A stretch of 64,000 bases of DNA, taken from assembly GCA_030390025.1 (NCBI GenBank), contig JASTWF010000048.1:1736001-1800000 (forward strand), written 5' to 3'. This document shows positions 25,172-37,837 of this stretch, in pieces. Within the stretch, counting starts at the first letter, position 1, and the number at the start of each line of letters is the position of its first letter. The DNA is from Squalus acanthias (lineage: Eukaryota). A program made the position numbers and the translations under genes. The notes beneath the pieces were generated by a model that saw nothing but the letters and a program-made list of their open reading frames with translations, did not search any database and was not told the DNA's origin.

Positions 25172-25258
25172 AAAAATAAAGAGGCTATTAACAAGATCTA
25201 TTTTTTGAAATAATCCCTTACGGTGAAACAAGATCATCAGCCCCAGTAACAGATACAT
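24716..25258 (-). CDS. TRBV: Family 1 V, apparently functional
   Basis: Leader 25222-25258; V exon 24716-25011 open; consensus 23-RSS 24677-24715. Confidence 0.92.
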
Positions 25259-25370
25259 CTTTCAATCGAAGCTTTTCTCTTAATAATGAAACGAGCGAGA
25301 ACAGGTTAGTTGTGTCTGGTGAGGATCCAACCCGCTCTTTTCAAATCATTGAGGGAAACATGAAGATCGT

Positions 25371-25385
25371 GAGGAAGTGATGCAG
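25371..25385 (+). promoter_or_regulatory. ETS plus CRE-like core of family 1 promoters (example copy)
   Basis: GAGGAAGTGATGCAG about 105-125 bp upstream of the ATG in most family 1 genes (e.g. 424, 10077, 14419, 29801, 37951, 46069, 50317). Confidence 0.6.
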
Positions 25386-25409
25386 GTTTGGAGAGTCCCG
25401 CAGTTAGCT

Positions 25410-25660
25410 CTCTGATTGACAAACAAAGCCCCTCCCTCTCTGACTGGCAGCACCGGCCATCCCCCCGTGGATTGACATCTCTGCCCCCCCACTCTGATTG
25501 ACAGCCCCGCCCCGCCCACTCTGATTGATAGCCCCGCCCCTCCCTTTCTAATTGACAGACAAAGCCCCTCCCTGTCTGATTGACAGCACCGCCCCTCCCT
25601 CTCTGATTGACAGCACCGCCCCTCCCTCTCTAATTGACAGCTCCGCCCCTCCCTCTCTCA
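25410..25660. repeat. About 30-bp promoter VNTR (TGATTGACAG plus GC box)
   Basis: Tandem ctgattgacagccccgcccctccctct units; shorter arrays at about 450-600, 10100-10180, 12550-12710, 27770-27850, 43365-43460, 46085-46190, 50335-50430, 54580-54680. Confidence 0.85.
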
Positions 25661-25679
25661 TTGGAATTGAATAGAGCAG

Positions 25680-26540
25680 AGGGAACAGGAAGTTCCAATG
25701 GGAATATAGACAGATTCAGTGAGTAGGCAAAACAGTTGCAGAGGGAGTTTAACGTGAGCTAGTACGAGGCCATGAACTTTGGACCTAGCAAAGCTCGATC
25801 AGAGTATTTTTAAAGGGTGAGAAACTACGACCCTTGGAGGAGCAAATGGATATGCTAGTCCATGCACAAAAATCACTAACAAATATTGGATTGGTAAAAA
25901 TAAAATCATTTAAAATGCTAATGGAATTTTCGTCCTTTATCTCAAGGGGCTGGAATACAGAGGGAAATAATTTATGCCTCAGTTGAACAGAGCCTTGGTC
26001 AGATTTCATCGGGAGTACTGCGTTCAGTTCTGGGCACAGCACCTCCGTAAGGATATATTAGCCTTGGATAGGGTTCAACGAAGATTTCCCGGAATGTTAG
26101 CGGGGCTTAGAGGGTTAATTAGAGAGGACAAATTTCATCAACGTGGCTTCGACTACCTTGAATATAAGAGATTCAGCGGTGAAGTCATTGAGGTCTTCAA
26201 AACGTTAAAATGAGTTGATAGGGTAGATAGAGATAAACTATCTCCTCTGGTGAGGGGAGTCCAGAACAAGGGGACAAAACCTTAAAATTAGAGCCAGGCC
26301 ATTCAGACGTGGCGTCAGAAAGCGTTTCTTTAAACAATGAGTCGTGCAAATCTGGAACACTCTCCTCCAAAATGTTGCTGAGGCTGGGGGTCAATTGCAG
26401 CCTTCAAGACAGAGATTGATAGATTTCTTGTTGGGTAAGGGTATCGAGGGACAGGGAGCAAAGGAGTTAAATCATGATCAGCCAGGATGTAACTGAATGG
26501 CGGAGCAGGCAGGAGGGGCTGAATGGTCTCCTCCTGTTAT
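25680..26540 (+). mobile_element. Degraded CR1-like LINE 3' fragment
   Basis: EYCVQFWAQHLRKDILALDRVQRRF remnants. Confidence 0.8.
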
Positions 26541-26811
26541 TTTGTAACTGGCTCGAGGGGCAGAATAGCTTCCTGTATTTTGGATATATGTAACAGGCTC
26601 GAGGGGCTAATTAGCTTCCCGTTTTTTAGATATATGTAACAGGCTCGAGGGGCTAAATAGCTTCCTGTTTTTTGGATATATGTAACAGGCTCGAGGGGCT
26701 AAATGGCCTCCTCCTGTTCGTGTGCAATAAGCTCGAGTGGCTGGATGACCTCCTCCTCTTTCTGTGCTCTTTTGAACCCTGCTCCAGGACACTGTTTGCT
26801 TCATGGTCCTA

Positions 26812-26829
26812 GAGCGCCCCCTGCTGTCC
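26812..26829 (-). promoter_or_regulatory. CTCF-like site
   Basis: GGACAGCAGGGGGCGCTC. Confidence 0.75.
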
Positions 26830-27129
26830 CTTTGGCGAAACAAAACAGAGTCAGTGGACAAAAACGAGGCCTTTTCCTGTTTCTGTTTCTAGATAGATAA
26901 AACCTCTCAGTTCTGGAATCATCCTTGTTAATCCTTCTTTCCTCCTTCTCCAGTGCCTCTATATTTAATCTCTCACTTTTATTATAACCCGTCTCTTGTT
27001 GTCAAAAACACGTTCGCTCTGTAAAAATAAAACAGCAGGTCGCGGCACCGCGCAATTCAACCCCCCACAGCTGTTTCCTGCCGCCTTTGGGGTTTTTGTT
27101 CAGCTCCTCCGTCTCTCTGAGTCACTGTG

Positions 27130-27638
27130 AATACTCCAGGAGCAGTAATACACGGCCGAGTGATTCGCCTGCAGGCTGGAGGACTTCAGGTTGAACTCGT
27201 TGTCATTCGGTCGCTCGGCGGTAAAACCGTCCACCGTCCCCTCTGGATTCACGTGATTGGTTACCGTGGAGTAAAACATACACTGCGGCTCCTTCCCCGG
27301 GTATTGCCTGTACCAATAGATGTAAGGGCTACTGGTGCCTTTCACAGTGCACTTCAGTTCCACTACCTCCCCAGACAATTTTGAGACGGCAGCGGGAGTC
27401 TGGTGGATAATCTGCGAGTTCCCGTCTAGGAAACAGACAAGAGAGGAGGGATTGAGTTAACGGGGATATTCAAGGCAATGTGGAAAGAAAGAAAGAAAGA
27501 ATGAGAGAAAAAAAGAAAGAAAGAAAGAATGAATGAAAGAAAGAAAGAATAACGTAAAGGAAGGTTATTAACAAGAATTAATGTTTGAAAAAGTCCCTTA
27601 CGGTGAAACAAGAACATCAGACCCAGTAACAGATACAT
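27130..27638 (-). CDS. TRBV: Family 1 V, apparently functional (ends CSWS)
   Basis: Leader 27602-27638; V exon 27130-27425 open; consensus 23-RSS 27091-27129. Confidence 0.9.
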
Positions 27639-28502
27639 CTTTCACTGGAAGCTATTCCTTTATTAATGAAAGGAGCGAGAACAGGAGAGTTGTGTCATGT
27701 GAGGCTCCAACCCGCTCTGTTCAAATCATTGTGGAAATCTGAAGAGCGTGAGGGAGTGATGCAGGTTTAGACAGTGCCGCCCCTCCCTCTCTGAATGGCA
27801 AACAAAGCCCCTCCCTCTCTGATTGACAGCACCGCTCATCCCCCCGTGGATTGAATCGCCCTTGACTGGGGAACTTGCAAACGGCCCCACTGTATTCAGA
27901 CTACAGTTAAACCGTTCCCCATCCGGGATAACACTCGCTGAGCTGGGACGTGAATAACCACGGATAGAGAGCTGAATGGAAGAGGGAATAATTTCCTGGC
28001 TGCCCTTAATGCCGTTATTCCCAATAAAGTCTGGCTGTTGAGAAATGATGTAATTTGAAAAACTCATAGATTCGTAGATTAGCGTAGCACAGAAGGAGAG
28101 CATTCGGCCCATGGAGTCTGCGCCGGCTCTTTCGAAGAGCAATCCAGTTAGTCCAACTCCCTCGCTCTTGCCCCATATCCCTGCAGTTTTGCTCCTTCCA
28201 GTATTTATCCAATTCCCTTTTGAAATCTGGAACTCTCGCTCCCAAAAGGCTGCGGATGCTGAGGGACGATTGGAGCTCGCAAGGCTGAGTTGGATCGATT
28301 CATGTTGGGTTAGGATATCAAGGGATATTCAGCAAAGGCGGGTTAATGAGCTTGAAATACAGATTAAAAGGCAGCGCAAACGCAATTGGATGAATGGACT
28401 TCTCCTGTTCCTATGAAAGAAACGCGTGCGGCTGATTGGCCTCCTCCTGATCCTGTGATCCGATTGAGCCATGTTCCGGGCACTGGTGTGTTCCATGCTC
28501 TA

Positions 28503-28520
28503 GAGCGCCCTCTACTGTCC
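28503..28520 (-). promoter_or_regulatory. CTCF-like site
   Basis: GGACAGTAGAGGGCGCTC. Confidence 0.7.
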
Positions 28521-29158
28521 CTGTGGAGCAAGAAAGCACAATGTCAGTGGAAAAAAAAAGGATTTTTAATTACTTTCCTTCTTTCTATATTTCGTTCTAT
28601 TTTTCTTTACTATCGTTCTGTCTTTCTATCTTTCTTTCTTTTCTCTATATTTCTTTCATTCTCTTTCTTCTTCCCTGCTTCCTTCCTTTCTTTTTTCTTT
28701 ATTTCGTTCTTTCATTATTTCTTCCTTTCTTTCCTTCTTCCTTTATTTATTCCCCATTTCTTCCTATCCATCTTCCTTTTATTCTTTCTGTCTTCCTTTC
28801 TTTCTATCTTTCTTCCCTACGTCTAACCCATCAAACCCATTGATAATATTTAAAGACCTCAGTCAGGTCACCACTCAAACTTCACTTTGCTTGTGAAAAC
28901 AGCCCGAGCCTGTTCATTATTTCCTGATAACTAGATCCTCTCAATTCTGGTGTCATTCTTGTTGATATTTCTATGCACCTTCTACAGTGCCTCTTTATCT
29001 AATATATCATTTTTATTTTAACCCGTCTCTTCTTGTTGTCAAAAACACGTTCGCTCTGTAAAATAAACCCAACTGCACCGCGCGGTTTTATCTTAATCAG
29101 GTGTTTCCTGCCGCCTTTGGGTTTTTGTTGAGCTCCTCCATCTCTCTGAGTCACTTTG

Positions 29159-29687
29159 AACACTGCAGGCGCAGTAATATACGGCCGAGTGATTCGCCTG
29201 CAGGCTGGAGGACTTCAGGTTGAACTCGTTGCCATTCGGTCGCTCGGCGGTAAAACCGTCCACCATCCCTTCTGGATTCACGTGATTTGTAGACCCGGAG
29301 TAAAAGAGTAACTGCGGCTCCTACCCCGGGTATTGTCTGTACCAGTACATAGTCTGAGTACTGGTGCTTTCCAGAGTGCACTTCAGTAACACTCCATCCC
29401 CGGGAAATATAGAGACAGCGGCGGGAGTCTGGCGGATACTCTGACAGTTCACATCTGGGAAAGAGACAGGGAGAGGAGGAGTTCAGTAAAATGGGGCAAT
29501 CGGACATTTGTGTGAAAAGAAATAAAGAAAGAGGGACAGAAAGAAAGAATAAGAAGAAAGAAAGAGGGAAAGAAAGAAAGCAAGCAATAAAGAAAGAAAG
29601 ACGTAAAAGTAGGTTATTAACAAGAATCAATGTCTGCAAAAGTCCCTTACGTTGAAACAAGAAAATCAGACCCAGTAACAGATACAT
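29159..29687 (-). pseudogene. TRBV: Family 1 V pseudogene
   Basis: In-frame TAG in FR2 (YPG*); heptamer CAAAGTG 29152-29158; leader 29651-29687. Confidence 0.9.
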
Positions 29688-30719
29688 CTTTTACTTGAAG
29701 CGTTTCTCTTAATAATTGAAAGGAGCGAGAACAGGAGCGTGGAGTCTTGTGAGGAGCCAGCCCGCTCTTTAAAAATCATTGAGGAAACCTTGAACAGCGT
29801 GAGGAAGTGATGCAGAGTTGGTCACGCCCCTTCCTCCAGCGAACCAATCAAAATCGATGTGCTTGCTAATTACCAATGACTGACTGGAACTTATGCCGTT
29901 AACATTCCCAACAACGGTGTCTATCGCTCGTTTATTGCTTGCTAATCGGAAATGAAATTATCCACATCTGGAATCCCGATTAGCCACAAGTAGATTCCCA
30001 ATGAGCCATACCTTGATTCCCAATTAGCCACCTGTGACTAGTGGCTAACACATGGACAACACTGGTCTAAAGTCAGCCCTTTTGTCAGGCAGTCGGTGCA
30101 GCAATATCCGGGTCACATCGGGCTGTTCATCTGTTCTATTGCATGGTTGGGCCTATGACGATCAGGAGGACTCAAAGACCCGCCCATGACTGGGGAACTT
30201 GCAAACGGCCCCACTGTATTCAGACTGCAGAGAACCCGTTCCACATCAGAGATGACACTCGCTGAGCTGGAACATCAATGGCCACGGATATAGAGCTAAA
30301 TGGAAGAGGAAATAATTTCCTAGTTGTCCTTAATAATCCTCATTAAAGCAAATAAATTCAGGCTGTTGATAAATTAGGTATTTTGAGAAAAATAATGGAT
30401 TCATAGAATAATGTAGCATTGAAGGATGTCATTCGGCCATGGAGTCCGTGCTGGCTCTTTCGAAGAGCAATCCAATTAGTTCCACTCCCTTGCTCTTTCC
30501 CGATATCGCTGAAGTTTTGCTTCTTGGAGTATTTATCCAATTCCCTTTTGAAATCTGGAACTCCCACCCGCAAGAGGCTGCGGATGCTGGGGGACAATTG
30601 GAACTCGCAAGGCTGAGTTGGATCGATTCATGTTGGGTTAGGATATCAAGGGATATGCAGCAACGGCGGGTTAATGAGGTTGAATTACAGATTGAAAGGC
30701 AGTACAGATGCAAGTGGAT

Positions 30720-31030
30720 GAATGGCCTCCTCCTGTTCCTTTGTTAGAGGCTCGATGGGCTGAATGGCCTCCTCCTGTTCCTGTATTAGAGGCTCGAGGG
30801 GGCTGAATGGCCTGCTCCTGTTCCTGTGTTAGAGGCTCGAAGGGCTGAATGGCCTCCTCCTGTTCCTGTGTTAGAGGCTCGAAGGGCTAAATGGCCTCCA
30901 CCTGTTCCTGTGTTAGAGGCTCTAGGGGCTGAATGGCCTCCTCCTGTTCCTGTATTAGAGGCTCGAAGGGCTGAATGGCCTCCACCTGTTCCTGTGTTAG
31001 AGGCTCGAAGGGCTGAATGGCCTACTCCTT
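30720..31030 (+). repeat. 42-bp LINE-tail minisatellite
   Basis: About 7 tandem units. Confidence 0.9.
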
Positions 31031-31181
31031 TTACGATTTCTTCTGGTCTTATGTTCATCGTGGGTAAATTGAGTTAATATACAGACCAGCCATGATCTGG
31101 TTGAACAGCGGAATGTCTCGAGGTGGCCGCCTTCTGTTCCATTAAACCATGTTACAGGCACTGGTGGGTTTCAAGGTCCCA

Positions 31182-31199
31182 GAGCGCCCTTTATTGTCT
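31182..31199 (-). promoter_or_regulatory. Degenerate CTCF-like site
   Basis: AGACAATAAAGGGCGCTC at the homologous position. Confidence 0.35.
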
Positions 31200-31434
31200 C
31201 TGTGGAGAAAGGAAGCACATTGCTGGTTCTGTAAGAACTCAAGAATCTTTGTACTTTCCTTCTTTCTTTCTTACTTACTTTCTTTCTTTCTTGCCTTCTT
31301 TCTGTCATTCATTCCTTCATTCTGTCTTTCCTTCTCTCTTTCTCTCTTATTTGTGTTTGATAATTTTATTTGTTGTGGTCAGTACCAGTTTCAACTATTG
31401 AAAACTTTTCCCTCTGCTGACTGCATGTGCTCAA

Positions 31435-31895
31435 CACTTCAGCCCAGGAAGGCTGGATGTTGTACCCTATCAACATCATCTTCTATTCCTTTCTCTCTCA
31501 CGCACTTCTCTAGCTTCCCCTTAACTGCATCAATGTTATTCGCCTCAACCACTCTCTGTGGTAGTGAGTTCCGTATTCTCTCCACTCTCTGGGTTACGAA
31601 ATTTCTCCTGAATTCCCTATTGAATTTATTAGTGACTATCTTATATTTATGGCCTTTAGTTTTGATTTTCCACACAAGTATGCGACCAAAAGTTGAGGCC
31701 TTAAATATAACTACATCTATGCTCTGAAAGCCGTTCATAATTTTTAAGACATCTATCAGGTCAATTCTTCGTTTCTCTTTTCTAGAGAAAGGAGACCCAG
31801 CCTGTTCAGGCTTTCGTGATAGTTCTAACCTTTCAATTCTGGTATCATCCTTGTTAATCTTTCTTTGCACCGTCTCCAGTGCCTCTATATCTAAT
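31435..31895 (-). mobile_element. Antisense CR1-like 3' fragments (also 11330-11770, 34245-34705)
   Basis: TKGHKYKI..FRRNFVTQRV..NSLPQ motif. Confidence 0.75.
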
Positions 31896-32058
31896 CACTC
31901 AATTGAATGTTAACTCCTCTCCTCTTCTTGTCAGAAGCAGGTTCGCTGTGTAAAATAAACCCAACAGGACCCTTCACCGCGCAGCTTTATCATCAACAGG
32001 TGTTTCCTGCCGCCTTTAGGGTTTTTGTTGAGCTCCTCCATCTCTCGGAGTCACTGTG

Positions 32059-32529
32059 CAGACTCCAGGCGCAGTAATACACGGCCGAGTGATTCGCCTG
32101 CAGGCTGGAGGACTTCAGGTTGAACTGGTTGCCATTCGGTCGCTCGGCGGTAAAACCGTTCACCGCCCCCTCTGGATTCACGGCACCCAACGAGTAAAAC
32201 ATCAACTGCGGCTCCTTCCCCGGGTCCTGTCTGTACCAATACATGTATCCGCTGCTAGCACCCTCCACGTCGCACTTTAGTTCCACTCCCTCCCCAATAA
32301 TATTGGAGAGAGCGGCGGGAGTCTGGCGGACCGTCTCTGAGTTCACGTCTGGGAATGAGACGGGGAGAGGAGGAGGTCAGTAAAGAGGAGCATTCTGGGT
32401 TGTAGGGAAAGGAAGATTAAATGAAAGAAAGACTGAACAAAAATGTAAAAGTAGGTTATTAGCAAGAATTAATATATGAAAAAGTCCCTTACGGTGAAAC
32501 AAGATAATAAGACTCAGTAACAGATACAT
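32059..32529 (-). CDS. TRBV: Family 1 V, apparently functional, CDR2 two codons shorter
   Basis: Leader 32493-32529; V exon 32059-32348 (290 nt vs 296) open; consensus 23-RSS 32020-32058. Confidence 0.9.
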
Positions 32530-33559
32530 CTTTTACTTGAAGCGTTTCTCTTAATAATTGAAAGCAGCGAGAACAGGTGCGTGGAGTCTTGTGAGGAGCC
32601 AACCCGCTCTTTAAAAATCATTGAAGAAACCCTGAGCAGAGTGAGGAAGTGATGCAGCGTTAGACACGCCCCTTCCTCGAGCGAACCAATCACAATCGAT
32701 GTGGTTGCTAATCACTAATGTCTGACTGGACCTCATGCCGTTAACATTCCCAACAACGGTGTTTATCGCTCCTTTATTGTTTGCTGATCGGAAATGAAAT
32801 TTTCCACGTCTGGATTCCCCATTATCCACATATAGATTCCCAATTAGCCATACCTTGATTCCCAGATAGCCACATGTGACTAGTGGCTAGCACATGGACA
32901 ACACTGGTCTAAAGTAAATCCTTGTGATAACGTGAGGCAGTCGGTGCAACAACATCCGGGTCACATCGGGCTGTTCATCTGTTCTATTCCATGGTTGGGC
33001 CTGTGACGATCAGGAGGAGTCAAAGATTCGCCCTTGACTGGGGAACTTGCAAACGGCCCCACTGTATTCAGACTACAGTGAACCCGTTCCACATCAGAGA
33101 TAACACTGGCTGAGCTGGAACATGAATGGCCACGGATATAGACCTAAATGGAAGAATAAATAATTTGCTAGGTTTCCTTAACGACACTCATTATTCCCAA
33201 AAAATCTGGCTTTTGAAAATTAAGTATTTTGAAAAACTCATAGAATCATAGAATAGTGTAGCTCAGAAGGAGGTCATTCGGCCCATGGAGTCTGCGCTGG
33301 CTCTTTCGAAGAGCAATCCAGTAAGTGCCACTCCTCCGCTCTTTCCCCATATCCCTGCAGTTTTGCTCGTTCGTGTATTTATCCAATTCCCTTTTCAAAT
33401 ATGGAACTCTCGCCCCCAAAAGGCTGCGGATGCTGGGGCACAATTGGAGCTCGCAAGGTTGAGTTGGATCGATTCATGTTGGGTTAGGATATCAAGGGAC
33501 ATGCAGCAAAGGCGGGTTAATGAGGTTGAATTACAGATTAAAAGGCAGAGCAGACGCAA

Positions 33560-33830
33560 GTGGATGAATGGCCTCCTCCTCTTCCTGTGTAACAGGCTCG
33601 AAGGGCTGAATGGCCTCCTCCTGTTCCTGTGTAACAGGCTCGAGGGGCTGACTGGCCTCCTCCTGTTCCTCTGTAACAGGCTCGAGGGTCTGAATGGCCT
33701 CCTCCTGTTTCTGTGTAACAAGCGCGAGGGGGCTGAATGGCCTCCTCCTGTTCCTGTGTAACAGGCTCGAGGGGCTGAATGACCTCCTCCTGTTCCTGTG
33801 TAACAGGCTCGAGTGCTGAATGGCCTACTC
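33560..33830 (+). repeat. 42-bp LINE-tail minisatellite
   Basis: About 6 tandem units. Confidence 0.9.
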
Positions 33831-33992
33831 CTTTGACTATTTCTTATGCTCTTATGTTCAACGTGGGTAAATTGAGTTAAAATACAGATCAGCCATGATC
33901 TGGTTGAACGGCGGAGTGTCTCGAGGTGACTGAATGGCCGCCTTCTGTTCCATTAAAGCATGTTACAGGCACTGGTGGTGTTCATGGTCTTA

Positions 33993-34010
33993 GAGCGCCC
34001 TCTATTGTCC
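33993..34010 (-). promoter_or_regulatory. CTCF-like site (variant)
   Basis: GGACAATAGAGGGCGCTC. Confidence 0.55.
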
Positions 34011-34869
34011 CTGTGGAGAAAGGAAGCACTTTGCGAGTGTGTAAGAACCCAATAATTATTGTACTTTCCTTCTTTCTTTCTTGCTTACTTTATTTCTTTG
34101 TTGCCTTCGTTCTGTCATTCATTCCTTCATTCTGTCTTTCCTTCTCTCTTTCTCTCTTATTTGTGTTTGATAATTTTATTTGTTGTTGGACGAACCAGTT
34201 TCACCTGTTAAAACCGTTTCCCTCTGCTGACTGAATGTGCTCAACACTTCAGCCCAGGAAGGCTGGATGTTGTACCCTATCAACATCACCTTCTATTCCT
34301 TTCAATCTCACGCACTTGTCTAGCTTCCCCTTAACTGCATCAATGGTATTCGCCTCAGCCACTCCCTGTGGTAGTGAGTTCCTCATTATCTCCACTCTCT
34401 GGGTAACGAAATTTCTCCTGAATTCCCTATTGGATTTATTAGTGACTATCTTATATTTATGGCCTCTAGTTATGCTTTTCCACACAGGTATGCGACCAAA
34501 ACTAGAGGCCTTAAATATAATTACATCTACGCTCTCAAAGCCCTTCATTATTTTAAAGACCTCTATCAGGTCAATTCTTCATCTTCTCTTTTCTAAAGAA
34601 AGGAGCCCCAGCCTGTTCAGCCTTTCATGATAGTTATAACCTCTCAATTCTGGTATCATCCTTGTAAATCTTTCTTTGCACCGTCTCCAGTGCCTCTATA
34701 TCTAATCTCTCACTTTTATGTGAACTCCTCTCGTCTTCTTGTCAGAAGCACGTTCGATCTGTAAAATAAACCCAACAGGACGCAGCACCGCGCAGCTTTA
34801 TCATCAACAGGTGTTTCCTGCCGCCTTTGGGGTTTTTGTTGAGCTCCTCCATCTCTCTGAGTCACTGTG

Positions 34870-35323
34870 CAGACTCCAGGCGCAGTAATACACGGCCGAG
34901 TGATTCAACCTCAGGCTGGTGGACTTCAGGTTGAACTCGTTGCCAGTCGGTCGATCGGCGGTAAAACCGTTCACCGCCCCCTCTGGATTCACGGCACTGG
35001 TACCCAACGAGTAAAACAGACACTGCGGCTCCTTTCCCGGGTCCTGTCTGTACCAATACATGTATCCGCTATTGGCGTCCTCCACGTCGCACGTTAGTTC
35101 CACTCCCTCCCCAGGGATATTGGAGAGAGCGGCGGGAGTCTGGCGGACCGTCTCTGAGTTCACGTCTGGGAAAGAGACGGAGAGAGGAGGAGGTCAGTAA
35201 ACAGGAGCATTCTGGGTTGTGGAGAAAGACAGAAAAACGTAAACGTAGGTTATTAACAAGAATTAATGTTTGAAAAAGTCCCTTACGGTGAAATAAGATA
35301 ACAAGACTCAGTAACAGATGCAT
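34870..35323 (-). CDS. TRBV: Family 1 V, apparently functional
   Basis: Leader 35287-35323; V exon 34870-35165 open; consensus 23-RSS 34831-34869. Confidence 0.92.
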
Positions 35324-36359
35324 CTTTTTCTTAAAGCGTTTCTCTTAATAGTTGAAAGCAGCGAGAACAGGATGTTGGAGTCTTCTGAGGAGCCAACCCG
35401 CTCTTTTCAAATCATTGAGGAAATCTTGATCAGATTGAGGGAGTGATGCAGATTTGGACACGCCTCCTTCCTCGAGCGAACCAATCAGAATCGATGTGCT
35501 TGCTAATCACCAATGACTTACTGGACTTTATGCCGTTAACATTCCCAACAAAGGTGTCCATCGCTCGTTTATTGTTTGTTCATCAGAAATCAAATTATCC
35601 ACGTCTGGATTCCCGATTAGCCACATGCAGATTCCCAAATAGCTATACCTTGATTCCCAAATAGCCACATGTGACGAGTGGCTAACACATGGACAACACT
35701 GGTCTAAAGTCAGCCCTCTTGATAACGTGAGGCAGTCGGTGCAACAATATCCGGGTCACATCGGGCTGTTCATCTGTTCTATTGCATGGTTGGGCCTATG
35801 ACGATCAGGAGGACTCAAAGACTAGCCCTTGACTGGGGAACTTGCAAACAGCCGCACTGTATTCAGACTGCAGTGAACCCGTCCCACATCAGAGATAACA
35901 GCCGCTGAGCTGCAACCTCAATGGCCACGGATAGAGAGCTAAATGGAAGAGGGAATAATTTCCTAGGTTTCCTTAATAACCCCCATTAATGCAAATAAAT
36001 TCAGGCTGTTAATAAATTAGGTATTTTGAAAAAATCATAGATTCATAGAGTAATGTAACATTGAAGGATGTAATTCGGCCAATCGAGCCTGCACAGCTCT
36101 TTCGAAGAGCAATCCAGTTAGTCCCACTCCCCCGCTCGTTCCCCATATCCCTGCAGTTTTTCTCCTTTGAGTATTTATCCAATTCCCTTTGGAAATATGG
36201 AACTCCCGCCCCCAAAAGGTTGCGGATGCTGGGGGACAATTGGAGCTCGCACAGCTGAGTTGGATCGATTCATGTTGTGTTAGAAGATCAAGGGATATGC
36301 AGCAAAGGCGGGTTAATGAGGTTGAAATATATATTATAAGACAGAGCAGATGCATGTGG

Positions 36360-36600
36360 ATGAATGGCCTCCTCCTGTTCCTGTGTAACAGGCTCGTGGG
36401 GCTGAATGGCCTCCTCCTGTTCCTGTGTAACAGGCTCGTGGGGCTGAATGGCCTCCTCCTGTTCCTGTGTTACAGTGTCGAAGGGCGGAATGGCCTCCTC
36501 CCGTTCCTGTGTAACAGCCTCGTGCGGCTGAATGGCCTCCTCCTGTTCCTGTGTAAGAGGCTCGTGGGGCTGAATGGCCTCATCCTGTTCCTGTGCACCG
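36360..36600 (+). repeat. 42-bp LINE-tail minisatellite
   Basis: About 6 tandem units. Confidence 0.9.
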
Positions 36601-36639
36601 ATTGAACCATGTTCCGGCACTGGTGTGTTTCATGGTCTA

Positions 36640-36657
36640 GAGCGCCCTCTACAGTCC
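36640..36657 (-). promoter_or_regulatory. CTCF-like site (variant)
   Basis: GGACTGTAGAGGGCGCTC. Confidence 0.6.
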
Positions 36658-37284
36658 CTGTGGAGTAAGAAAGCACAATGTCAGTGTATAAAAAAGTTCT
36701 TTTAATTACTTTCCTTCTTTCTATATTTATTACTATTTTTCTTTACTATCGTTCTCCCTTTGTATATTTCTTTCTTTCTTTTCTCTATCTTTCTTCCTTT
36801 CTCTTTTTTCTTTCCTGCTTCCTTCCTTTCTTTTTTATTTATTTCGTTCTTACATTATATCTTCCATTCTTTCCTTCTTCCTTTACTTATTTCCCTCTTT
36901 CTTCCTATCTTTTTTTCATTTATTCTTTCTATCTTTCTTCACTACGCCTAACCTATCAAACCCATTGATGATCTGTAAAGACCTCTGTCAGGTTACCCCT
37001 CAACCTTGCCTTTTCTAGAGAAAACAGCCTGAGCCTGTTCGGCATTTCTTGATACTTTAAACCACTCAATTCTGGCATTATACTTGTTAATCTTTCTTTG
37101 CACCTTCTCCAGTGCCTCTATATCTAATCTCCCACTTCTATTCTAATTCGGATATTCTTGTTGTCAAAAACATCTTCGCTCAGCAACATAAACCCAACAG
37201 CACTGCGCGGTTTTATCATAAACAGGTGTTTCCTGCCGCCTTTGGGGTTTTTGTTGAGCTCCTCCATCTCTCTGAGTCACTGTG

Positions 37285-37837
37285 AAGACTCCAGGCGCAG
37301 TAATACACGGCCGAGTGATTCGCCTGCAGGCTGGAGGACTTCAGGTTGAACTCGTTCCCATTCGGTCGCTCGGCGGTAAAACCGTCCACCGTCCCCTCTG
37401 GATTCACGCTTTGTACAGTTGGGGAGTAAAACATGAACTGCGGCTCCTTCCCCGGGTATTGTCTGTACCAGAACATGATTGCAGTGCTGGTGCCCTTCAC
37501 AGTGCACTTCAGGTCCACTCCCTCCCGAGTCAATCTGGAGACAGCGGCGGGAGTCTGGTGGATACTCTGCGAGTTCACATCTGGGAAAGAGACGGGGAGA
37601 GAGGAGGAGGTCATTAAATTGAGNNNNNNNNNNNNNNNNNNNNNNNNNNNNNNNNNNNNNNNNNNNNNNNNNNNNNNNNNNNNNNNNNNNNNNNNNNNNN
37701 NNNNNNNNNNNNNNNNNNNNNNNNNNNNNNNNNNNNNNNNNNNNNNNNNNNNNNNNNNNNNNNNNNNTGACAAAAATGAATGCTTGAAAAAATCCCTTAC
37801 GGTGAATCAAGATCATGAGACCCAGTAACAAATACAT
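37285..37837 (-). CDS. TRBV: Family 1 V, apparently functional
   Basis: Leader 37801-37837; V exon 37285-37580 open; consensus 23-RSS 37246-37284; assembly gap in intron. Confidence 0.9.

Noticed and set aside
24713-25213. Recurrent antisense ORF MKTPGAVIHGRVI... and alternative-frame ORF PRCELAEYPPDSRR...
   Set aside because: Shadows of the GC-rich V exons; lengths vary among copies and starts are mostly GTG
25006-25258. Hydrophobic FLSF-repeat membrane-like ORFs starting at the leader ATG
   Set aside because: Read-through of the leader into the intronic (TTTC)n tract; a GT donor ends the exon after 37 nt
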